Shown: piece by piece, positions 52,016-64,000 of the stretch
Layout of the letters: each line of letters begins with the position of its first letter
Position numbering within the stretch: position 1 is the first letter of the stretch
Assembly: GCA_028534125.1 (NCBI GenBank)
Contig: CM052818.1
Span: forward strand, 47,122,001-47,186,000
Direction of reading: 5' to 3'
Source of the DNA: Lama glama
Lineage: Eukaryota
DNA length: 64,000 nucleotides
Made by a program: the position numbers and the translations under genes
The notes under the pieces: model-generated
Databases searched by the model: none
Seen by the model: the letters and a program-made list of their open reading frames with translations, nothing else
What the model was told of the DNA's origin: nothing

Positions 52016-52075
52016 ACGCCCCCTGCGGAGCGCGGCCAGCGCCCTCATCCTGACAGCAACGCTGCCCTCTGCAGG
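52016..52075 (-). promoter_or_regulatory. Two same-orientation CTCF-like motifs in a CpG-rich patch
   Basis: Minus strand TCCGCAGGGGGCGT (52016-52029) and CCTGCAGAGGGCAG (52062-52075), compared with core CCRSYAGRKGGCRS. Confidence 0.5.
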
Positions 52076-52619
52076 CTGTGCGGCGCCAGCCGGCGCTCCC
52101 AGGTCCGCGGGTCTGGCCTAATTTGTCCTTGGATGGAACTGAAGCGATGGTCCAATGGCTCCGCTGTCTGTTCCCTGAACCCAGCGTCCCCAGGGGAGGG
52201 ACCAGCTCTAGACTGGCACAGCTACCGGTGACCAGCACCTTGGTTTCTTTCCATGTCACAACCCCAGCCATCCCTGGGGTTTCAGCCTGTGGGTCTGACT
52301 TGGCTGAGAATCACCTGAGCTGCTTCTACGAGTCCCCAGGGTCTGGGCCACACCAAAGGTCATCCAAAAGAGGACCCCCGAGCACGGACCCCAGACATCA
52401 GTAAATTGTCAAGCTCTCCAGACACTCTGGCAGCAGCCAAGCTTAGAACCACCCATGGAAGGAGAATGAAGGCTCATATGGAATACATCACTGTCCACAG
52501 TTTCCTTTTCTCTGCCTCCACCTCCATCCTCCTTTCCTTCATTCCCTCTTTCTCTTCCTTCTTCCTTTATTTTGTTTTGTTTTTAATGAGTTTCATGATT
52601 TGGAAACTTTTCCCTTTTA

Positions 52620-53425
52620 ACTACTCATTTCATAAATGTATCAGAAAGATTTGATTGCCTGTCACCTATGTGGTAGGCAATGTATTAGGCACTGCGTGAT
52701 TTAAAAACAAAACAACAAAAAGAAAAACCAATGTACCAAAAAAAAAAAAGAAAAAAGAAAAAAAAAGATACTTGACTTCACAGTTTTCAGTCTACTGGGA
52801 AAGACATTCATCAAGTAAACACAAAGCAAATGTATCATTTTGAGTTGAAATGTAGTCTATGAACAAAAAGAATCGTGTGCTGCTCTCAACTGAATGTTTG
52901 TGTTCCCCCCAAATTCACGTGTTGAACCCCAATCCCCACTGTGGTAAAATTTGGAGGCGGGGACTTTGGAACATGTGGGGGTTGAGGATGGAGCCTTTGT
53001 GACTAAGATTATTGCTGTGTGAACGAGAGCCCAGAGGGCTCCCTTGTCCATGCCATCACCTGAGGACACAGCGAGAAGACGGTCCTCAATGAATCTGGAA
53101 GCAGGGCTCACCAGACACGAAATCTGCCGGCACCTTGATCTTGGACTTCTAGCCTCCAGAACTGTGAGGAATAAATGCGTGTTGTTTCAGCTGCCCTTCT
53201 GAAACAGGCTGCATTCTGTCATAGTGACTGAATGGACGGATACAAATGCTGGGAGATAGAACAGCTTTAATTGGATGGCGTGAAGGCAGCATTTAATGAT
53301 GGTCTGAGAGATGATGGAAGAGGAGCCAGTTAGATGAAGATTTAAGACAGGAATGTTCCTGAGAGAAGAACTCACGTGATGGCTCTGGGCTGGGAAGATA
53401 CCAGCACTTTTGAGGAATTACAGGA
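52620..53425 (-). mobile_element. L2 3' fragment split by an MLT1A LTR
   Basis: cacctatgtggtaggcaatgtattaggcactg...cagtctactgggaaagaca before the LTR; L2-like ctgagagatgatggaagaggagccag after it. Confidence 0.6.
52881..53244 (+). mobile_element. MaLR solo LTR (MLT1A0-like)
   Basis: tg...ctgaatgtttgtgttccccccaaattca...tgaggacacagcgagaagacgg...caccagacacgaaatctgccggcaccttgatcttggacttctagcctccagaactgtgag...aataaa...ca. Confidence 0.92.
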
Positions 53426-54142
53426 CGCTGAGCAAAGCTCCATGTGAGATGACACCGGAGAATCAGCAAGTCAGCCCCACAGAAGCCAAAGAAGAGACTG
53501 GCATCTCTAGTTTACATTCTTGATTCGTATGATTAAATAATAACAAAGATTCTGCTTCCGAAAATTAAGATTTGCCTGGAATAAAAGCCTAAAAAGAAAT
53601 AGGGAACACGGTGAAGAAATTATCCTAAAAATATAGATTAATTATTGAACTCCTGACATTTGGCAGTTGGAAATGTTAATAGAATTCTTGGTTCAAAACA
53701 GGCCCCCCTCCCTTTTTTTTTTTTTTTTTTTTTTGCTAGTCGAGTGAGAGTGAGACAGGAAGGAAGAGGGCAGGGCACAAACATTAAAGGAATGACACAG
53801 CAATTAGCACCAAGACAGTGGAGAATTCAACTCCCACTAGAACCTGAGGCTCAAGATGGAGGGAGATTTGGCTTCCCTTAGACCTTAAACCTCACTATAG
53901 GCTGACAGTAATACAATACCATGCTGAGCGGCAGGCCCACAGGCACCATGGCAGTTCCGAGGCTGACCAGAAAGGGTCAAAAAGTGGGTGGTGGCTGAGT
54001 TCCTCTTACTGGCACATCCGACGGAACATCTGCTCCAGGAAGCAGGTGTTTCCATCCGTCTCTCCTCTAGTTCCCATCTTTCCTTATGTTTTGAATTAGC
54101 TGGTTGCACTGAAACCTTCGTTCAATGTTATGATCTTGCAGA

Positions 54143-54273
54143 TTTTCTTTCTTCCTTTCTTTCTTCCTTCCTTCCTTCCTCTTCCTTTCTTCCTTTCTTT
54201 CTCTTTCTCTCTTTCTCTCTTTCTCCCTTTCTTTCTTTCTCTTTTCTCCCTTTCTTTCTTTCTTTCTTCCTTC

Positions 54274-54372
<99 letters not shown>

Positions 54373-54403
54373 TTTCTTTCTTTCTTTCTCCTTCTTTTTT
54401 TTT
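54143..54403. repeat. (TTTC)n/(TTCC)n/(TC)n compound polypyrimidine microsatellite
   Basis: 261 nt containing only C and T. Confidence 0.97.
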
Positions 54404-54789
54404 GTATTATGGATGGGAGCAATGATCTTGTTTACATCCTAAGTGGTAGGCACAGTACCCTCACTATTTTGATCTTAAATATAGTTGGATCTTTTTAAAA
54501 TTAAAATCCAATCTGACCATTTTCACCTTTAATTAGCAGGTTTAGTCCACTTACATTTAACATAATCACCAATAAGATTGAATTACAAATTGAGGAGTTA
54601 TAGTTATGATAGAGCCATGGTTATAGTAAGAGAAGCACTAGGCTTGTGGTCCAAGGTTCTATTTTATTTTATTTGGACACTTCTTAGCTTGGGTAGTCAC
54701 TTCATTTTCTGAACCTACTTAAAAGGAGGCTGACCACAGACACAAGGGATTACTTTGGGGATTATAAAACTTAATGTGGTTGACATTGT

Positions 54790-55309
54790 ATTAAAAAAGA
54801 TATACATATATATGTGTATATATATATATATATATATAATGGAGTATTATTCAGACATGAAAAAGAATGAAAAGAATGAAATAATGCCATTTTCAGCAAC
54901 ATGGATGGGCCTAGAGATGATCATACTAAGTGAAGCAAGTCAGATAGAGAAAGATAAATATTGTATGATATCACTTATATGTGGAATCTAAAAGAAATGA
55001 TACAAATGAACTTATTTACAAAAGAGAAATAAATAGACTCACAGACATAGAAAACATACTTATGGTTACCAAAGGGGAAAGGAGAGGAGGGATAAATTAG
55101 GAATTTGGAATTAACAGATACAAACTACTGTATATAAAACAAACAACAAGGACCTCCTCTCTAGCACAGGGAACTATATTCAATATCTTGTAATAACCTA
55201 TCATGGAAAAGGATCTGAAAGAGAAGATATACATATGTGCATCTAGAAATGAATCACTTTGTTATACACCTGAAGCATTATAAATTAAGTATACTTCAAT
55301 TAACAAAAA
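54790..55309 (+). mobile_element. L1 3' fragment with ORF2 C-terminus and 3' UTR
   Basis: Translation MEYYSDMKK..NEIMPFSATWMGLEMIILSEASQIEKDKYCMISLICGI* (54839-54991) is the L1 ORF2 end; 3' UTR contains agcacagggaactatattcaatatcttgtaataacc; (TA)n at ~54800-54838. Confidence 0.95.
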
Positions 55310-56932
55310 CCTGTGTTCTACACAAGCATATTATGATTTTACAATCAAGGAGAAAATTGTGGTCAGACAGTTCCATGAAAGCTTCATAGGTCTGTAGTCT
55401 CATTCTGCCCCAGAATTGCACTCCGAGTAATAAAAGCAGTGTCTGTAACACATTTAGCCTGCTTAGTGTAATTCTTTTACAGTACTTTTCACACCCCTTG
55501 GACTCATTTGTTTATGTCTTTCTTGTCCAGCTAGGTCCTCATTAAGAGCAGGAGATACACTTTGTATTCCTGAGTCTTACAGAGTGTCTGGTGTACTCTA
55601 TATGCTCGATACGGGTTTGAATCGTATTTTTAAAATCCAGCGCTGAAGCTCTCTGCACCAGTCTGAAGACACAGTATATGCCCTTAGCTGAAAGCATAGC
55701 TAAGTCTTTAAGAATTTGACAAGCCTCTGAGGATCTTAAGTTCTGAGTCTTGACTGCCATAAACATGGCCTGAACCCCTTGACACCCAAGACAGCCCTGG
55801 CTAGTTGACTGGCATCACGGGTGGGGAGAATCCTTTCCAAGGCGCATGGGGAATCTGGCTGTTGGGCCACCGTCAGCTACACACAGATGCGTTGCCACGT
55901 TCCCCGGCTCGGCGTGACTGGTCACTAAGCGGTCGTAAGTGTTGCGTTTGTGTGTGACTTCTCAGCATTCCGGCGACATTACCACCACGAGTGGCAAGAA
56001 TTGAGTGGGGGTTTGCAAACGTTTAGAGAAGCTCTGCGATTTCCCTAGCCACATGAACCAAGCACCCCTCTGCCTTCTGCTGAGGTGGAACGGACAGGTT
56101 CCTCTCTGAAACGCTCTGGAGTCTCTGTGGTTTCGTGGTGGGAGCCCAGGTTTGGGTCAGCTCTAACTTTTCTTCTGCTTCTGAGTGCAGAGACCCCTCT
56201 GGGGTTCCCCACAGAGCTTTCGGGGTAAGAATACATGTGCTCCACATTAAGAAGTCCATCTTCTCCCTTCTGCCTGCCTCTGGCCATGCCAGGCTCACCC
56301 CATTGCCCACCAGCTGCCCTCAGACTGTGCTCATGCCTGGGACACACGTGTGAGCCACAAATGCATCCTGAACTGAGCTCTTTGCTCTCTTTTATTTTAT
56401 TTTTGTTTTGTTCTCACAGATGCTAATTTCCTCAGAGCAGAAGTCCTGTCTTAACATTCCCTCTTGGTCCTGAAAGGCCAACTGCAGAGCAGGATGAAAA
56501 GTGGGGTCCTACTAAGCGTTTGCTAACCTCAGCCCAGAGGTTGGAATCACTCCACCCGAAGTTTATGCGAGAGTAAGAAACATCCAGGGAGCTGAGAGTC
56601 AGCGACTCCACAGCCCTCTTTTTGGGAACCAAATTCAAGTTCTTTGTTAAAAAAAGAAGCTGCCCGGGTGGCCCCAAGGCTGCGCGAGGACAGATGGGGC
56701 TCAGACCCCCAGAGAGAGACTGCTGACCGGCCAATAAGAGCAGGTTTGTGTTGGCACATAAGAGTCTAGGCTGTGCCACTGGCCTAGTAATTGGCCCCAT
56801 TTTGCCCTTTTCTCAGGTGCCTGGTGGTGGCGAAAGTCAGATATTTTCGGTGACTGCTTGATGGCCGGCCTCTCTGGAGAACCCGGTTTTTTTTATGGAG
56901 GACACCCTTGGTTTCTATTTTGTTCTTTCCAG

Positions 56933-57180
56933 GAGAGGCTGGGTAGGTGGCCCCTCCTGCTTCTGAGTCACCGGGAATAGGAAAGGAACTGTGGATTCAG
57001 GAGGGGGTGCCGAGGGACGAGAGGTGAAGCCTGCTGGCCTGGCAGACTGGAGCCCCCAGGAGGCAGGACTGCGACTTCTTGCCACTCTGTCCCCCGGCGT
57101 GGCTGGCAGTCGGACAGCAGTTACTGAGCACATGATGAAACGGCTGGGTCGAAGGAGAGGGGAGAGGGCTTCCTGTCAAG
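56933..57180 (+). other. Candidate non-coding exon (248 nt)
   Basis: Acceptor tttctattttgttctttccAG; donor AAG|GTAAGA; stop codons in all three frames near the 5' end. Confidence 0.3.
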
Positions 57181-57939
57181 GTAAGATTCAATGCTCGGAA
57201 AAATGTAGCCACGGAGGGTAGAACGCTGGTGTCCTGCCCCACCACGACAGGCCACGATTTGCTGGTAATGGGCACAGCCTAGCAAAGTATGCTTTAGCCC
57301 CAGACCCCACTCATTGTTTAGAGATGCTGGCCAGGTGTCAGCGCGGCCTGGGCCAGGGAGACCAGTTGGCCCGTTCATCATCGTCTGTCTTGCCGGTGGC
57401 CTCCGGGGACCGGGGCCTTTACACTCAGAATCACAAAGAGAATGAGCACATTAGCGCCTTTGTTCCTAAACACCGGGGCCATTCATGTCCCCAGCCTGGC
57501 AGCAAGGTCTCTGGACGCTCTGCCAGCCTCCCCACCTGCCCGCCACTTTGTTCTAACCCTCCTCCTCCACAGGGGCTTGCATTCGCCGCTTCTAGGTGGC
57601 TTTGTGATTGTTCATAAATCCATGGCACGATTCTGCCGTCCCTGAGCACAGGGCATCACTGGGTATAATGATGGCTTCATCTCCCTCATCTATTTTCACT
57701 GTATATCCTTTCAATAAAATCAGAATTTGGTTTCAATTGAATTCAAGAACTATTTGTCCAGTGTGTCTACTGAGTGGTGATGGGGATGAGGAGAGAGGCT
57801 TCATTCACGGTATCTAGCTGCACAGGGAATGCTTCTCCTGCCCTCTCTTCTGGGCTGGCTTTGGGAGGAGAGAGTGGAGTTTTCCTTAAGGTCTGTCCTT
57901 CCCCAGGATGTTCTGTGTCTGGTTATGAGTTACATTTCT

Positions 57940-58150
57940 TGAAATGGCCTATGAGCAGGCACTGCGCCGAAGCCCTTGCTGGCTCTCCCTCCTGGGTCCT
58001 CTTCACTCCCTGCTTAGGAGGATGGTGTCATTATTCCCTCTTTACAGATGGAGAAACTGGAGTTCCTGCTTGGAGAGATCGGATGACATACCCCAAGCAC
58101 CCTGCACAGAAGAGAAGTGAAGGCCTCAAGGACGTGGCACCGGTAGGTGA
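57940..58150 (-). mobile_element. MIR SINE
   Basis: cctatgagcaggcactgcg...cattattccctctttacagatggagaaactgg...ccccaagcac. Confidence 0.65.
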
Positions 58151-59539
58151 TGGAGACCGGACCTGAGCACAGGCCGCAGGACCCTCCTTCCATCACCACA
58201 GAAGGCTGTCTAAACCCTTCACAAACTGAATGCATCCGTGATCCTGCTATGGCTTGGATGACTTTACAATATATTTGCAAAGATGAGACAGACAGACCTT
58301 AAAAACAGGCAAGACAAGATAACATGATTAAGTACTAACGTAGATCAGGGAAAATTGATTTTAGCGCCAAGGAACCTCTGCCATCCGATCCAATCCCCTA
58401 ATCTTCATAGAATCAATGAAGAGACTGAAGATTATTGACATTGCAGACCTTGTCCAAAGCCACAAAACTGCCACCCAAAGGCCAAGCCGGCACACGATTC
58501 TAAGTTACCTTAATGCCAATCCAGGATTCACTTTAATGTGTCCCCCCACCATGATGGCTTCTCAGAATCAAATGTTACAAGAAAGTGTCAGTTTGGGGTG
58601 GGTACTGTCGGCTTGTGCATTTCGATCTAGGGCAGTAAAGATGGGCTACCTATAGGAATTCAACAGAACTTATCATCCTAAATTCTGCAGCAATATCGGG
58701 GTAAATCTGGAAGGCTTGATGTCTTACCAAAATTGGGTAATGTCAGTTTGGACTGGTATTTACAAGTGAAGAGATGTTATTACTGTGGTAATTTGGTTAA
58801 ATGAGTATTGTGCCAAATTATCTCAAATTTATAGGATAACACTTATAACAATTTTATGGAAAATTGCTTCCAGAATTATACCCTTATAAAGTGCACACAT
58901 TAATAGCACACCACAAGGACACACAAATTATATGAGGCATATCTTTTTGCTCTTGCATACATTGAATAATGTGATGTTTTTGCAAGAGCCAAAGATATAC
59001 TATGTTATTAAAACATACTGGCATTTTAAAATGCTCCATTAATGTCACCACAGACAACCAGAAGATACTGAAATAATAAAGACGTAGTGTTTTGAGCAAG
59101 ATGAAATGCATTCCCCTTCTAAAGGGAAACCATTTAAAAAAAGAAGACCACACATACAGAAAAAGATGAGCTCGAGGTAAGAGTTGGGGAGGGGTGGGGT
59201 CATCTATAGTTATTTTGTGTAGTTTGTTGCACTGAAATTATCAGATGAGTATGATCAAAAATATGAAGAGGTCAATTATCCAGCAACAGGACAGAAGCAT
59301 TCCTTTCCATTAATTCATGGAAACTGTGGCTACTTTGCCACTGTGAGTAGCACTCCTCGGTCTAGAAGTGGTGGGTGGGCACCCCTGTCACTCTGATGGA
59401 CGGGCATGCAGAATGGCGCCTCATCCGGTCAACGCACCACGCTGTCTGTGTGGGCTCCCAGGTCATGCTTCTCTTAATCCTAATTTGTATGCTTAGAACT
59501 CCTGTCCTTCTGGCCCCATGTTCTCTTTCCTTTAGATGC

Positions 59540-59811
59540 TCTGGCGAGAACAACCTTGTGTTTTGAGATTTGGTCTGATGGTCATAATCTCTACAAAGCG
59601 TTTTCTGAGCCCTGTCATGGAATTACTGTTTCTTCATTGGCTTCCCCTCGAATCCTCTTGAATTCCCTAGAATCCACTTGTTGTCTCCATGGTGGTCCCT
59701 CCACTGGACTATCACCAGTCTTAATCATCTCTGTGAACCTAAACACTATCACCGTTACTAGGTCAGAATGACACACGTCTGTTGAATGATTGAGTGAATG
59801 AATGAATGAAC
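59540..59811 (+). mobile_element. L2 3' end with (TGAA)n tail
   Basis: cttaatcatctctgtgaacc...gtctgttgaatgattgagtgaatgaatgaatgaa. Confidence 0.6.
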
Positions 59812-62800
59812 GGAAGGTAAAGCAAAAACCTGAATGAGGGTATAAAAGGCAGAGTGGTTAAAAGGCGTATCTTTCAACATCAGCGTCACCAGCTGTGCTG
59901 TCGACTCCATAGTCAGTGGGCCCTGGTCTGAACCTACCGTGTGGGTCAGTCTGTTTCTTGTGTCGTATTCCTGCTGATTTGGAGACACACAAATCGACAG
60001 GGGAGAGGACACCTCTGCAGACCCCCTGACACCCTCACATGAGTCTCAGGAGATGCTCCTGGTCCCGGAGGCACAACTCTGTAGCCTGCTCCGTGGCCCC
60101 AGTTAAGCACAGTCAGATGCCCAGGGCCACCAGTGGGGTCCTTCCAGTGGTGTGAGAACTAAACTGACAGCCTGGAAAGTGTTAACCGGCAGTTAGACTT
60201 GGGGCTCTGGGCGAACTGGGTGCCGTTACTTTGTCCCTGTGGACCAGGACCCTGGTCTAATGTCTGAATCTTGCATATCCTGAGCCATGGGAAGTACTCT
60301 GGGGGGAGGTGTTTCAGAAGAATGAGGAACAGGACACTCCATCTTGAAAGTTAGTTTCAAAAGCCAAAAATATTTTCTTGCCTGAGGGAGTCCTCCCTTC
60401 CCCTCTAAGTTTCCCCTGCTGTAGACCCACGTTCTCACCTTTGAGGCCCTTCCACACGCTTCCTCTTTTCTGCTCATAACGTGTGGCAAACACAAATGAT
60501 CCTTCATCCTCTGTCATCTCCAGATCTGCCCATGTATTTTCTGCTCCCAGAGCCGCCAATGCCCTGGTCAGGACTTCAGACTCTCACCCAGAGGTGGTTT
60601 CCACTTCGTATTGGCTGGTCGCTCTGCTCCTTCTCTGCTCATCAAAAAACTTTAATTTTGTTTTGTTTGAGGTTGAAACAAAAAGACATACAAAACCCAG
60701 AAATATGTACTTTTAGATCTCTTGAGGAAAGGGCTAATGTGACGTTTTTGTTTCTAAAATCCTACAGCTAAAGCTTAGCTCATAATAAGGAAAACATGGC
60801 AGACTCCGGCAGAGCTCACTACATGATGATCCCCCGAAGCTGCTGATCACGTTTTACAACCTTAACAGAAGAAGGGGAGCTACACAGGAATCTGCGAAAG
60901 AACCAAGAAAACAATGGTGGCCACGCTAACTCCCGCCTTCATGGAAGGATCTGGAACTGTCCCAGCCACACTCCATGTTAGCTGTTGGGTTACTGCATCC
61001 AGAAAACCAAGGCTTAGCAAGCCTGAGTCATGCATCCCAGCCACAAAGACTGTTCAATTCCAAGTCCATTATCTTTCCTCGAAACCGTGCCCTCTCAGGT
61101 CTGGTGAGGAGAGCTGCCTTCCCACCCCACACGGCGCCCGTCCCATGGAAGCTGCCAGTATTTGCTGGCATGGACAGTTTAATTAAGGAACACGGGGTCC
61201 TTCACACATTGGGGTATGTATATTTACATATTTCTATTTAAAAATCCTTCTCCACTGGATTCAAAACTATGTAAATTCAAAACTAGGGTAACTCAAGGAG
61301 AATAACCTTTAAAAAAATAATCAAAAGGCTATGAAAAATTGTCAGTGGGGACACATTTCTTATAGACTTGTTCATGTTATTTCTTTGCTTTGACTTTTGC
61401 CAAAAGCTTTACGAACCCAGGATTATGTGCGTGGACCATTCTGTCTTAACCACTATCTGCTTACGGCTGCAGGGGATGGGAAAGAAAATACGGCCAAAGA
61501 AAAGATTTCCAGCCAGTTTTGATAAATAGCCTGTGACTGTCAGCGACACTGATTCCAAGAGCTCTCAGACCACAATCTGTGAATGCTTTATCTTTGCTGG
61601 GCACCGGGAACTTGCTAAATTCCTTTCCCAGGCCACTCACACCCTGCACACCACGCTCTGGTGGATGCAACCTACCTCGAACTTAGCAGGAAACAGTCAA
61701 ACCTCCCAAATGTTGTAGAAAGTAGAACCTTTGCTGCAAAACACGTCTTTCACTTACTCTGCCCTTCTAGAGCTGTCTGGGGGCGAGAAAGCCCTTGTGA
61801 AGCACATACTTGCAAACCCAAGACGGAACCAGCCTCACCTCCCTGGCGCGCTGGCTTCCTCAGGAGCCGCGCTGGAGGTCCTTCAGCTGGGCTGTGGGGT
61901 GAGCAGCCGAGGTGCCCTGGGTCACAGATGTTTCTAATATTCAGTTCTATGCTTGATTTTAAACTGGTTCCCAGACTTTAAAATCACAGGCATTTAGAAG
62001 AAATACAGAAACGTTCCATTTGTAAGGGGAAAAAAAAATAGCTTTCCTCACTGCAGACCGCATGCTTGTGTGGAGCTCATGGAGTCTGACGGGCTTGCCC
62101 CAGGCAGCCCTGTTGTCGCGTCCAGGAATTCCGTCCCAAATCTCCCCCTGAACCGGGAGCCCGGGAGCGCAGAGCTGCGATGGCCGGCTTGTGTCCCGGT
62201 CCTCGCTCAGCAGAGCACCAGACGGCTGCCGAGTCACAGCATCTTGTCTGATTACAGGAAGGGACACAAATTCACCGGCATCACCACGGCCTCCATCCCC
62301 CCTCAGAATCCCTCCAGACAGCCTCTGCCGGTCCCTCCACGCACCTCCTCGTCCCTTCATCTTCTATTTCACTTCTTTTGCTTTCTCTCTTGGTCCCCGC
62401 TGCTGCCCTGTTGAACAGCACTGACCCAAGGAAGGGGGGCCCCCCTGTCTGGGCCCTGAATTTTAGGGAACCCCGCTCCCTGGTTGTGTCCCTCCCCACA
62501 GGGCAAGGCAACCCATCTGGCACCAGGAGCCTGGGCCCACTTGGAACCCCTCTGGCTGCTCCTTCTAGACAACTCTCTGAGTACTCGGCGTTCCCTAACC
62601 AAACAGCCTGTGCATCCCCTTCAAGGGTCTGCACAGACTTGTCCTGAGGGCAGACCGCTCCATGGCTGCTGGAGGCCCACCCCTCAGCAGGAGGCTGGGC
62701 GGTCCACACACATGCTCACGAGAGCCCCTGGGGTGACAAGGGAGCTGGGGGGACAAAGGGAAATGGGCCAGGCTCGGGGCTGAGAGCCTCCAGTGATGCC

Positions 62801-63876
62801 GTCTCCCCAGGCCCCCCACACAGAGGGGCAGACTTGGGCCACAGGACCCTGCTGAGCCATCGCATCCTTCCACTCTGCACCTTAGCTGTGCACCCCACTC
62901 CCTGGAGGTTCAGGAGGGCCTGACCCTCTTGTCTCCCCGACAGTTTCCCTGACACCACCCCACGAGGGACAATAAGCCAGGCCTGGCCCTAAAGGAGCAT
63001 CCAAAACATCAAGCCTTTCTGCCTCCATGACCCGCCGCTGGGCAGGACTGCCCTGGGCTCGGTGTCCCGCTGACTTAAGACGTTCTCACAGCCGTGAGCT
63101 CTTTGGTGGGGAGACTGCCATTACTAACCTCTGATTCGCTGTTTTCCAAGCACTCTTTAGTGCTAAGGAGCATTTCCATGCCTGGAAGAGGGCTGCTTGC
63201 TGAGCAGCGACAAGCTCGCACCCCGCCTCCCGGCCCCAGCACTGCCCCTCCTCAACCTCCCGGCCCTCGGCCTCGCTCCGCCATGTGTTCTGCACAGACT
63301 GACTGCCTGAGAAGCCTGGGCGGGCCTGGCAGGTTGGAAGTCTCAGAGGAAGACACAGTGGAGGCAGAGAGACATGTCAGAGGATGTCTGGGCACCTGAG
63401 GGCCTGGGGGCCCCACCCTTCCTGGAGGCAGCACGAGGGCCTCTGGGCAGGGAAGGGGCAGCCCAGGAACGAGCGTGCCCTGGACACCCTGTGAGCATCA
63501 GGTGCCCCACGGGCCCGTCACTCAGGCTACACGACTCCTATGGACCGTGTCCACGCCGCCTCTTACTAACCACGGAGCGAAGGCCCAGAGGGAGCCACAC
63601 ACCTCCTGGGGCCATGCTGCTCCGAACTGTTGGGGCTTCAACTCTGCTCTTTCTCATCCCATGTCCCTGTTCTCATGTCTTCAAACATCATCAAGGGACA
63701 CTGTCCTTCTGAAATTCTATGTGTCCCAACACACAGGCCCTGTCTCTTCTCTCAGATCCCTCTATGGGCCACAGGGGAAACTGGGGTGGGTCGCCCACTT
63801 CCAGGATAAGATGATCTTAGGTTGGACAAGAGGTATGTGGTTCTGAGGGTCAGCACACAACAATCCAGGGCACGGA

Positions 63877-63908
<32 letters not shown>

Positions 63909-63924
63909 AGCACACACACACACA
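63877..63924. repeat. (CT)n(CA)n compound microsatellite
   Basis: Seen directly. Confidence 0.92.
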
Positions 63925-64000
63925 GTTTCTGGACAAAGTAGCTGTTGATTCTGAGGTTAGAAGTACTGATCGCTATTTGGCCTTAAGCTTATCTGCAGAA

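Noticed and set aside
53988..54498. F/L/S-rich and K/E/R-rich ORFs
   Set aside because: Translations of the (TTTC)n microsatellite.
54755..54991. 78-aa ORF as a host gene
   Set aside because: L1 ORF2 C-terminal remnant fused to a (TA)n repeat.
1..64000. CRISPR array, operon or other novel multi-gene system
   Set aside because: No regularly spaced repeat-spacer units and no gene-dense coding sequence; the content is ordinary mammalian intronic or intergenic DNA.

Overview
This is mammalian, non-coding genomic DNA, most likely camelid. The basis is two tRNA-derived SINEs of the Vic-1 type and cetartiodactyl-type L1 3' ends, recognised from memory rather than by search. I find no recognisable protein-coding exon, RNA gene, CRISPR array or prokaryotic feature. 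The supplied ORFs are explained by GC-rich chance frames, a 500-N assembly gap (40014-40513), a (TTTC)n tract and one L1 ORF2 C-terminal remnant. The window resembles the 5' part of a long + strand transcription unit (lncRNA or multi-exon 5' UTR; gene not identified), with candidate non-coding exons at 105-242, 963-1185, 25282-25433 and 56933-57180. It is dense in ancient repeats (MIR, L2, L1M, MaLR/ERVL solo LTRs, hAT MERs), several of them nested. I see no credible novel biological system. The most unusual local signals are a ~94-bp polyadenylated insert with TSDs inside a MIR, a 26-bp near-perfect duplication 1850 bp apart that looks like a templated repair insertion, a pair of CTCF-like motifs and an ACGT/HRE-rich patch. 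Repeat family names and most repeat boundaries are by eye and approximate.
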